This document shows positions 49,749-60,149 of a DNA stretch of 64,000 bases, one piece after another. The notes beneath the pieces are model-generated. The model worked only from the letters and a program-made list of their open reading frames with translations, made no database searches and was not told where the DNA came from. Position numbers and translations under genes: made by a program. Numbering within the stretch: position 1 is the stretch's first letter; the number at the start of each line of letters is the position of its first letter. This DNA is from Lepidodermella squamata (Eukaryota; Animalia; Gastrotricha), in contig JBLDXI010000010.1 in NCBI GenBank assembly GCA_047495785.1, positions 1,612,001 through 1,676,000 of the forward strand, in the 5' to 3' direction.

Positions 49749-50310
49749 TGTTGAATAAGCAAAAAACGCGTTCTTTTATTATTGAATTACACCGGCTCAC
49801 GGTTGATCATCTTCATAATATAAATGCTGTCAACTATTACTATTACAATGCTGAACACGAGAGCAGCAAAAAAGTCTACAATCCTTATGTGAGAAAGGTG
49901 AAAGTCGCCACATATTCTCTGTTCTTTTTTGCCCCATTTGGTAACAGCTAGTACACCTGCGATCAAAGTATAGACTGTTATAGCAGCACATATTGCAAGT
50001 TGAGCCTCGATAATAATGATGATGTAAACAACTCGAGATGTCCTCGGAATAAGGCTGAAAACTAGCGCCAGCAGGACGGAAAATGACAAGACAACCGTAA
50101 TGCAATATGAAGGTCTATCGGGCAAGGCAGGATCCATCGAAATCGCGCAAACCTGAGTGATGATCATCATAATCATTGGAATATAGATGTTTCCGATGAA
50201 GTAGTAAAATTTGCGTTGGAAAGCCATTTTATATGAAATTCGGCTATAGTTGCTCTCGCTCTTTGTCACGTTCTGTAGCACGTAGTCAAATTTCGGCAAC
50301 GGTTCCCAAA

Positions 50311-50792
50311 CATACGGGCGCCGTCGTTCACAATTTCAAAAAACTGAGACATTTTCAACACAATGATTGCCCCCTTGAAAATTGCGATTTTGCAATAAAT
50401 AACACAACCCAGTAGGTAATCGATGACGCTCTGCACACTGGTTACCGTTTTATCTCTCAATTAGCTAACCGTAACTGGCAATTAGCAAAAAATAAAATTT
50501 TTTGAATCGAAGTGTTTTTCAACTCATTTCTAGGGTTAAAAAAATCGCCGATTCCGAAAATCACATTTTCAACTAAAAATTCGGCAATTTGAATTTTTTA
50601 TGTCATTTAGGCCCAGTTTTCGACCAGTTAGACTTGAAATAAAAATCTGGAAAATTCACCAAAATGTGCGGCTCAAAAAGTTACTAATTAGACCTGTTTT
50701 CAGCGTTCTAGAATGATTTGTAAGGGTGGTGACCATTGTCTCAAATGACAAAAATGTTGTAAAAATAATTTGTGAACGACGGCGCCCGTATG
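50311..50792. mobile_element. Non-autonomous TIR element (482 bp) with 2-bp TSD, possibly CMC/CACTA-like
   Basis: Perfect 23-bp TIR CATACGGGCGCCGTCGTTCACAA. Comparison with the B6 empty site (CCCAAATGTC) shows AA duplicated. Confidence 0.9.
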
Positions 50793-51442
50793 AATGTCTG
50801 ATTCGTCAAGCAGATCAGCGTAATTTTCGACCAAGTAGATCGCACCTTCGAATTGTAGCGTGAAGGTCGGCTCGCTAGGTTCGATATCAATCGAACAATG
50901 CATTCGATCAAACGGGAAATGCTCGACGTTGAAGCCTTCGCAACGCGTTGTTATTAGTCGAGTTTCGTATAAGGATCCAGCCACTGGATTAGTCGAAGCC
51001 TCAAACCACAGTTCAGTCTCTCGAATGAAATTATTGTCTTCTGCAGCATTTATATGGAGAAGTTTCGGCTTCCACGATCGAGTGGTGTTGCCTCGAAGGT
51101 ACACGAGCTCGTCGCTGAGGCTTAAATTAACGTTTAACTGATCGGTCAGGATTGGGGTGCAATCGTAAGGTGGAATCTCCCATTTGGTTGATGCGTAGGC
51201 AAAGACAGTGATTCTGCAAGACAACATGTTTCTATAAAAAACTATAGAGACACTGCACAGTTTTCGCCTATTTAAGAAAGCTGAAATGTATTCCGTGCTG
51301 ACTGGAAGCTAGAGTCGCAATGCCTAAAGCTCGCCCTAACCCTAACACTTACTCTAACTACCGACCTACTCCTTAATAACCTTAACCCAAACTATCACTC
51401 TAATCACAACAGAGGTGCTGGGTGTCGCGACCTCCAAGATAC

Positions 51443-51589
51443 CAGTGTGCGAAGTAGGATCCGGGAGCTGAGGGGTTGTCTACTTATTTTCTAGGAAACC
51501 AAAGGATGTGGTTTTTTCAGTATTCCTCTGGTTGGAGTCCTAGAGCTGGAGTGTCGCGACACCCCAGCACCCCTGTACCCAGCACCATG
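51443..51589. mobile_element. hAT MITE, same family as 24883-25101, in intron 1 of B5
   Basis: Starts CAGTGTGCGAAGTAGGATCC, 8-bp TSD CAAGATAC, shared core GTGTCGCGACACCCCAGC. Confidence 0.82.
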
Positions 51590-52984
51590 CAAGATACCAA
51601 CCCCAACCCTAGAAAACGAACCCCAAAAGGATGAAAAAACCACACAGAGATCCTTAGAATTCACTAGAAAACACCTCAGATTCGGAATTCTACAACGCCG
51701 TAGCCCCAGCCCTTACCTTAAACACTACCACTCTCAAAGGAAACATTATTCTCTAAGAACATCCAGAAGCCAAAAGCATGCTGCGTTTATCTATTATTAT
51801 AAGTCATAATATTGTATGGCTCTTATTTGCTTACTTACGTCTCATCCAAGTCGCTGATTTCCACAACGCGATACAAAGTTAGCCCGACGTAAATTTTGAT
51901 GGGTAAAGTTGCCGCTGGATCTCTTGACAGGAGAATTTCTGTCGGCAATTGGCGCGACCGGGCCAATGGGCATGCCTTGTAGTAGAAATAATCGTAAATT
52001 TTACGATTGTAACTGGTTCCAATGCTGTCTTTATCGCCGAAAATATCATTAGATATGGAATTATCGGAAATCGAATGTGTAGAGTAGTTAATATTCTTTG
52101 TGCTGTGTGATACTTCGTCAGAACTCTGCGCTAAAGATCGACCTACGATGTGAAATATTGCGAGGCTCAGTGGCAACTGCCACATTTTATTATCAAATGT
52201 ATCAACTCTACAACTGTGGCGTACCTTTTCGTGGCGAATTGAAGTGTTGCAAGTTGTTAAGTACATATCACGAAGTTCATTCATACAAACGTATCACGTA
52301 TAGTAAATATTTCTCTCACATGCGAAATGCGAAAGCCGTTTGCAAACACTTAACACTTTACAAATTATCCTGATAAGAGGGCCTTTTAAAGGGAAATTTG
52401 CGAGAAATCAGCACGTTAGGCCAATGGGCAATGGCGAATATAGTGACTCAAGTCGAGTAAAGTCGCGGCGAAGACGCTGGATGCGATGAATCGATCCCTT
52501 CTGTTTCCTACTGCCAGCAGCTTCTCAATCTCCTGTTTTATAGCCTTAAGTAAGCCGGTGGTTGGTTTTATCACATAAGTCGAAGTTAGATATTAATCAC
52601 GATGCCCTCGCTCTTTGAAAAGCTTCTTGGAGTAGTCTGTAGGCTTGCTACTCGTTGAGAACATCGAACTGGGACGCCTCAACTTTTGGCTTGCCCCGAC
52701 TTCCTGCCGAGATAAGACGAATTATTGCCCGAAAATGACCGGAAATTAAAGCTGGATAACGTGGTCTTTGGTTTTTAGGCTTCGCCCTTGGGGTTCTCCG
52801 TACTTCTTGGGCCAACAGAAGACTGTTAGATCTGGAACTTAGACTGTGTTAGATCTTAGATCAGCGTTGGCTAAGTAGCAGGATTTTCCGACCCCATCAA
52901 CGCTAAGTAAATGGCTCAATAATTGCCATTGCTATAATCGGACTCGAGTGGGTTGGAATTCCAAAAATGTTGACCCCAAGTTAG

Positions 52985-53177
52985 ATATCGTTAGCGACGG
53001 TGAATAACTCGGATTTAGGCTTGTTTATATCCGGTTGAAGGGCCCGGGTGACAAGTAAAAAGCGGCTTTTCAACATGAATGAAGAGGCAAAATCAAAGAC
53101 TTTTTACTTGTCACCTATCACCTTGAAATGGAAGTAAACAAGCCTAAATCCGAGTTATTCAACGTCGCGAACGATAT
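52985..53177. repeat. MITE-like foldback with ~43-bp imperfect TIRs
   Basis: ATATCGTTAGCGACGGTGAATAACTCGGATTTAGGCTTGTTTA is mirrored at the right end, plus an inner inverted pair GGTGACAAGTAAAAAG. Confidence 0.75.
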
Positions 53178-53352
53178 GGTCCCGTCCATTCAGCCGCTAC
53201 TGGGCTGTCTTCCAACATCAGCAGTATGAAAATGGAAAACAATCGAAAATCTACAAAGTAGATCATTACTGGATTATTGGGAATAAGGAAGAATAAAAAA
53301 GGAACATAACTAGTAATACATATCATTGATAAATAGGTTCTTTATTATTGAA

Positions 53353-54900
53353 TCACACCGACTCACGGTTGATCATCTTCATAATATAAATGCTGTCAAC
53401 TATTATTATTACAATGCTGAACACGAGAGCAGCAAAAAAGTCTACAATCCTTATGTGAGAAAGGTGAAAGTTGCCACATATTCTCTGTTCTTTTTTGCCC
53501 CATTTGGTAACAGCGAGAACACCTGCGATCAAAGTATAGACTGTAATAGCAGCACAAATTGCAAGTTGAGCTTCAATGAGAATGATGATGTAGACAACTC
53601 GAGATGTCCTCGGAATAAGGCTGAAAACTAGCGCCAGCAGGACGGAAAATGACAAGACAACCGTAATGCAATATGAAGGTCTATCGGGCAAGGCAGGATC
53701 CATCGAAATCGCGCAAACCTGAGTGATAATCATCATAATCATTGGGATGTACAGGTTTCCGATGAAGTAATAAAATTTGCGTTGGAAAGCCATTTTATAT
53801 GAAATTCGGCTCAAGCTGGGTTGTATTTCTGTATTGTTGTGTATCACGTAATCGAAAGTCGGCACCGGTTCCCAAATGTCAGATTCGTCGAGCAGGTCAG
53901 CGTAATTGTCGACCAAATACGTCGCTCCAACGAAATTCATGATCGCGCTCTGTTCGCTTAGCTCGATATCAATTGAACAGTTCATTCGATCAAACGGGAA
54001 ATGCTCAACGTTGAAGCCTTCGCAGCGCGTGGTTATTAGCCGAGTTTCGTAGCAAGTAGCTGTGACTGGTTCATCTGAAGCCTGGAACCACAATTCTGTC
54101 TCTCGGATCAAAATATTGTCTTTAGCGGCATTGGCGTGTAGAACTTTCGGCTTCCACGACCGAGTTGTGTTGCCTCGAAAGAACAGTGTATCGCTACTAC
54201 CGCCTAAATCGATACCTAGCTGATCGGGCATGATTGGCGTGCAGCTGTAAGAGGGAATTTCCCAATTGATTGATGCAGTGGCGAAGACAGTAAGCCTGCA
54301 AACAAAGGTTTCCGATAGAATCTTGATCTTGTGAGTTTTAATGTGAGTTTTAATGAAATTAACATCAACCCCATCGCTAAATCAAGATTTAATACCCATC
54401 CCTACCTAATCCCTACTCTAAAAACGCACCCCCTAAAGTAATCCGCATCTTTTAATAATATAGCATCTATAGGGGAAGAGTGGCACATAAAATGTGTAGA
54501 ATTAATTTGTATGTATCCGCCATTCTTTTACTTACGTCTCATCCAAGTCGCTGATTTCAACAACGCGATATAGCGTGAGCCCCGCAGTAATCCTGATGGG
54601 CAAAGTTGCACCTGGGTCCCTCGAAAGATAGATTTCCGTCGGCAACTGACGTGACCGGGCCAACGGGCATGATGTGTAGTAGAAATAATCGTAAATTTTA
54701 CGATTGTAGCTTGCGCCTATGCTGTCTTTATCGCCGAAAAAATCATCAGGTGTGAGATTGTCAGGAATTGTATCCGAAGTGTATTCGGTACTGTTGGAAG
54801 AATTGGATATTTCATCAGAACCAAGCGCTAAAGAATTCCGAAACGTAATGCTTAATATTGCGATACTGAGTAACAGCTTACACATCTTTTTTGCTAGCAT
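53353..54900 (-). CDS. Cys-loop channel subunit B6, 2 exons
   Basis: Intron 54535-54296. CEGFNVEHFPFDRMNC. Start at 54900 or 54885. Confidence 0.92.
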
Positions 54901-55062
54901 TACTGAAACTAGTGGAGTATTTTTTCATGCCGAGGTGAAGCGTTTTAATATATTAAGTACATGCCACGATGTTGAAGCTAACAGTACTCATACTGTATTA
55001 TATCAAGTTTTTTGGCGCATGCGTAAAAATTAAGAGATTATTCAACTGCATGAATGAAAGTA

Positions 55063-55499
55063 CCGTAGTTACCGAAATATAAGCCCCCACTCGTTTAGAA
55101 GCCTGTCTCGATTAGAAGCCTAGGTAAATTGAAGTTCGACGATGCATAGTCCTATCTCGAATAGTAGCCTAGGCTACTACGGCGCGTGTGCTCTGCTGCG
55201 CTCAACGGTATTTAAAAACGAAAAATTCGTGAAGATGTGTAATAATCTGCGATTTACGATGATTTTAGTTAAAGCGCATTCCTTATTAGTCTTGATTTCC
55301 AGCTATTAGACGACCTAGCTAATAACTAATAATGAATACTTTTATGAGTTTTGAGATTGAAAGACGGAAAGTAACGTCAGGTCTCCGTTTCATAAGCCTA
55401 TTTCAAATAGAAGCCTAGTCTTGAATAGAAGCCTACTTTTCCCCATTTTTCGAGGTATCATTTTTGTATAAGCCCGGGTTAGTATTTCGGTAACTACGG
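55063..55499. mobile_element. Tc1/mariner-type MITE with CCGTA termini
   Basis: TA|CCGTAGTTACCGAAATA ... TATTTCGGTAACTACGG|TA, subterminal TAGAAGCCT repeats. Confidence 0.8.
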
Positions 55500-55989
55500 T
55501 ATATGCTATATGCAAATGAGTTATGAAGAGGTATCCCTTACCCCTTAATTTCTAATCGTCATGGAAACATTCAGTTTCATAGACGAATATGCAGTCATTA
55601 AACAGAAAATTGGGAAAAGTAATAGCGTGGAACTTTAAAAATAGAGTTCTCTTCACTAGGAATGCAGACCTTTGATACCTACTCACCATCCTCCAATCAT
55701 TTTAACCTCTATTTTTTGAGGATTGTCTACTGGCTGAGAGGTCAGATTGATGACAAAAGGAAGACGAACACTGATTGGATGGTTAATTATTGACGATATA
55801 TATCCAATTATATCACCGTCACCTCGTTTTGTTTTTCCAGCGGAACTATGACAGTATCGATATTGAACGGACGATATCACAGCAATAGAATAGGCGTTAA
55901 TATTGATGACTTCAAAGTGATATAAGAACCTGGCGAAGCATAGCAACGGCCGACATATCCGAAAATTCGCTCTCATTAAACCCATAACA

Positions 55990-57330
55990 ATGGTTTCATC
56001 CTACTTTATAGCGTTTGCGATCTTCTTCTCCTTGACTGCCGCAGATTATGCGGTTGATGATGACGTCCGACAAATCGTTTTCCAAGAATGCAACCTTCTA
56101 CCCCCGGTAACATGTCCTAATGACGAAGGCTAGTGGGAAACTTGAAGCTCAGGAAATGAATTTTGCTAATCCAACTCAATTCCAGATCTTCAAAGGAACG
56201 ACCCAACCCCGGTCACAGCATCATTCGTCTTTGATCGACTCGTAGAGTTCAACGATTTAGGTGGCTTCCTCACAATAACAGGCGGTTTCTACCTAACTTT
56301 CTACGTCGATTGCGTCGCCCAAGCTGCTTACAAGTACAACGCTACAAGGAAAGTTCCGCGCTACTGGGCTATCACGAATCCTAACGACTACTGGAAACCT
56401 CCAATCGCTCATCTGAACAGTCGGTTCGATTACGGCTTGACGCAGAATGTCGCCCAGACCATCCTAGTTTATCCTTTCTTGGGCCAAGTGGTCTACGTTA
56501 CCAGGGGATCCTTTACTCCCTACTGCAGCTTTAACTTCAACAGGTAGTTTCTGAGGTTAAAAAGTAACTTTTTTCATGATTAGTTTGAAAGGTTCCCTTT
56601 TGATGAGCAATACTGTGACATGAACATGGGCCTTTGGCTTCCGAGAGATTTTGTCAGTGTGAAATCAGCCAGCCATAGTTTCGACAACGGGGAGGACGAT
56701 TTCTTGCCAGATAACGTCGGTTGGCTTCTGAAAGACATGGAAACCCAAGTTGCGATTAAGAATTTCTCCCCTGAGAATTATTTCGTCATCGCGGCGAATC
56801 TCCACCTGCAACGGAGGCCTCAATTCTTCATCACCAGCATCATCCTACCCTGCGTGATCTTGTCCATTGCACAATTGTCGACTTTTCTCATCCCGACGGA
56901 GGCTCATGAAAGAGCTGAGTAAGATTTGAAGTTTCTTTGGATCATTTTGATTCATCTTTCTTAACAGGTTCGCCATAACTCTTTTGCTATCACTTCAAGT
57001 TATGCAGAGCAACGTCGAAAGTAACATGTGAGTTGGCTAAATTTAAAACCTGTCCTCATTTTTCCAACTCCTTTCAGGCCTAAAACTCCGGTGAATGTCT
57101 ATCTCGAGAACATCGTCCTAGTTGAGTCATTCTCAGCTCTCTTCGTGGTCTGCTACGCCTGCATCATGTGCGCGTGGTGCGATTCATGGAAAGAATCTGC
57201 CGAGAAATTGCATGAAATCAAAGGATACAAAATGCGCCGATGCCGTTTCATCGATCTAGCTGTTGGTCTTGGCTTGCTTTTCTATTCAGTCGTATCGTAT
57301 GCAGCTCTGTTTATCCTCATGCTGCATTAA
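55990..57330 (+). CDS. Divergent Cys-loop channel subunit, 5 exons (outlier C)
   Basis: Exons 55990-56128, 56186-56543, 56592-56918, 56968-57027, 57078-57330. YWKPPIAHLN, CSFNFNRFPFDEQYC, M2 HERAEFAITLLL, MPKTP. Confidence 0.85.
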
Positions 57331-57768
57331 TTTATGACTGTCTATTCTCATTCTATCATTTTCTACGTTATCTATTCTTAGAATGTATCTATTTTCTTAA
57401 TTGAGCGCTGAATTTCCTAGTAGATCTAGACTTATTTTTGAACTGGGGAAATTGTTCATATTGAATGCTGTACGACAGTTTCGAGCCTCAACATCTGATT
57501 TCAATCGAAAATAGGAGTAACCAAAACTGAAATGAAGAAGTAAAAGTCAGCGCTAATAATAAAATCCAGTAAAATCCAAAACTTTTGAACCAGTTTTCTC
57601 TCCATCTTCAATCTCAGACAAATGCCTGCTATTGAATAAGAAATAAAATGATCGATAAGAAAAAAGCTGTGAGATGCTGCTAATTGCTAATCGATAGCTA
57701 ACCACTTTATTATGCTAAAATCTAATAAGACAAATCTGTTCGTCATCAATTTGATTTATTCCGTTGTC

Positions 57769-59220
57769 ATGGAGCAAAACAGAAGGCTTATCTGCGATGA
57801 TGTCAATTGTCCTATGAGATCCACCGAATTCAGGTACAGCCAGTTGGGTCTTGCTAAGCATGCCATATCAGAGATTAACGACCAACTCCGACTGCCTCCT
57901 GGAACGATTCAAGTCTACTCAAACCAAGCATCAATGCCGTCCTCTCGGCTATCATTTTGCATGAGACTATGCGGGCCAGATTATCGATATCATCACATCG
58001 AATCATCTGATAACGATAAACTATCAGCCTCAGCCATTGTTATTGTTTCTTCGATACCTATTCAGTTTGTTTCATCCAATGCGAACCCGACTTCGTTCTT
58101 TTACGACACAGTGACCACTCTTTTCGGTAACTGGTCCAGGGGTGCTAGCTCTGAATTCACCCCTAAAACTCATCTGTTGCTATGGTGCGCCTTGGAGAGT
58201 AAAAACATATCGAAACTAAGAGGTTACCTAGCATCAAATCGGGGTGTGATTCCTAGTTGTACGTTGAGTCTCATGTTGACTTCAGCTGTTTTGTCCCTCT
58301 ACGAAGAAGGGGTAGCTGTTCTGCTGGAACATAGAGCCAGAGCTCGGTGGCAAGGATCTGATGATGACTTTGAAGCTTACCCTCTTTTCAATTGCCTCAA
58401 CTTGTTCCATCGATACTTCGGGTTTGATAATGAGGCTTTAGTTCTTGAAGATCATTTGCAACTCAGAACTCTAGCTAACATCCTCTACCTTCTTTTGTCT
58501 CATTTGCCAAGAGCTTTTGAACCAGAAGAAGTTACAGAGCTAGAAAGATACACCATTATAGGGTGCGTTAATCAGCTGGCTCTGGTAGCTACTTGTCTAG
58601 GAGAGCAAACATCAGATTTGCTGGATATTCCTTTGATTTGTTATGTATGCAGAAACTCTCCTTCACCACTTCTCTTCGCGTTATCGTATTGCATACGCTT
58701 GAAACGGGGATCAATACTACGGCCTGATTTGTACCATCGTCAAATCGCGCATATCAAATCAGTGTTGACTCACGCAGTTGCACCCCTCATTAAATCCGGC
58801 CTCCGGACAAACGCATCGATTTTCAATCTCGACTGTCTTAGATTCTTGTGTGAGAGCCCGTTCTCACCTATTATCAATCTACTCCTACTGGCTCAAAAGG
58901 ACTCTTCAGTATTGAGTGTTTCATCCATCTCGCAATCTGAACAGCAGCCAAATATTGACCAATTAATAATGCCTTTCCCGAGATTGGCCTTCTACAGCCA
59001 AAATCATGGCAATAACTTTGACCCAATTATTGATCAAATTATCGCAAGATGCGGTAGAATCCGAAAACTGCAAGCATCTTGTCGGAATGTAATCCTCGAC
59101 TGCCTTGAGTTAGGAATCAAGAACAGGTCTGAGTCGATAATGAAGCTCGATCTACCTTTGCCTTTACTCAACTATCTGAACGCACCAGAGGTTGATTTAT
59201 TGTGTAAAATATGCAAATAA
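57769..59220 (+). CDS. SOCS-box protein, paralog of 34204-35634, intronless
   Basis: IRKLQASCRNVI...LDLPLPLLNYL SOCS box, shared blocks THxLxW..ES, LLxHxxRAR, SPLxFA...CI. Start at 57712 or 57769. Confidence 0.78.
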   Translation: MEQNRRLICDDVNCPMRSTEFRYSQLGLAKHAISEINDQLRLPPGTIQVYSNQASMPSSRLSFCMRLCGPDYRYHHIESSDNDKLSASAIVIVSSIPIQFVSSNANPTSFFYDTVTTLFGNWSRGASSEFTPKTHLLLWCALESKNISKLRGYLASNRGVIPSCTLSLMLTSAVLSLYEEGVAVLLEHRARARWQGSDDDFEAYPLFNCLNLFHRYFGFDNEALVLEDHLQLRTLANILYLLLSHLPRAFEPEEVTELERYTIIGCVNQLALVATCLGEQTSDLLDIPLICYVCRNSPSPLLFALSYCIRLKRGSILRPDLYHRQIAHIKSVLTHAVAPLIKSGLRTNASIFNLDCLRFLCESPFSPIINLLLLAQKDSSVLSVSSISQSEQQPNIDQLIMPFPRLAFYSQNHGNNFDPIIDQIIARCGRIRKLQASCRNVILDCLELGIKNRSESIMKLDLPLPLLNYLNAPEVDLLCKICK

Positions 59221-59254
59221 AACAGAATTGGTCGACATCAATGCACCGTTTTGT

Positions 59255-59688
59255 CTAAAATAAAAAGTTGTTTTTAGCTCGCAGTTGGCGACTGCGTAAC
59301 GCCTTTGCTTTAGCGAGGGCTATGCGGTCCAAGGCTGGCAACAAGCATGTCTCCTCACATTTTTCGAAGCTTGGAAATGCATAAGGCTTCACGACAGCCG
59401 AAGAGCCACATCCGTAGTTTTGAAGGGCGCATTTTCTGGTTTTTGAATCGTATACCACGAACTTCCCAATATAGTTGCGACAGGTGGATTGCGGGAGGCG
59501 ATACGTGCATTTCAAATGGCGGAGAATGTCTGCGATATACACAGGTTCAACCGATTGGGAGCGCTCATCATTGACCAGCTCTTCTCCTGCAAGTCACAAA
59601 GCATTACAAAATAAGTTGAAAAATTCCAAATGTTACCTGAGGATGAGCTGAGGAAAAAGAACAGAGGAATCAAGACTTCAGACCTCAT
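59255..59688 (-). CDS. Secreted single atypical Kunitz-type domain protein, 2 exons
   Basis: Signal exon MRSEVLIPLFFFLSSSS. Six Cys spaced 8/16/6/16/3 with YD...C and F.S...C...C. Confidence 0.72.
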
Positions 59689-60149
59689 ATTTGTTTCGGC
59701 TGATTTTATGAATGGAATATTTATTTACTCGTATGGCGAAATTTTTGGCTTCTGCGCAGTTGAAAAATATGCTGTTTTCTAGACAATTCCTAAGTGGGAA
59801 GAGGTGGAATATTACGTGAAGTGATCGGCAAATATTTACCAACGGCACGGAAAAAAATATCGAATTAAAACCTAGTGGCGCAGTTCCGCGGACATTTCAG
59901 TTGACCTACTATCGATTTGCTGAAAAATTTACGCTTGTGATTGAATCAAATCGAGTATTATTTGATTAGGTTCGATTAGTAAAATTGAATTGCAAGAAGA
60001 TCAAAATATCGCAAAGGGGCATAGGTAGAATTTACTAGAAAACTCCACCCTAACAAAATATGTCCGAAATTCCCGAAGCTGCAAATCTGTAGACATGAGC
60101 TCTCCAACTGCTCTTCTGCTCTTTATTCTAGATTTTGACACTACGGGAG

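Larger units (their letters stand above)
49787..52185 (-). pseudogene. Cys-loop subunit B5, disrupted by a transposon in exon 2
   Basis: Exon 1 is 52185-51839 and exon 2 starts at 51213. The frame is interrupted at DESDI|WEP by the 50311-50792 element. Otherwise an intact paralog of B6. Confidence 0.88.

Noticed and set aside
1557-57330. Naming the channels as nAChR, 5-HT3, GABA or GluCl orthologs
   Set aside because: Diagnostic ligand-binding residues and intracellular domains are absent, so orthology needs a phylogeny.
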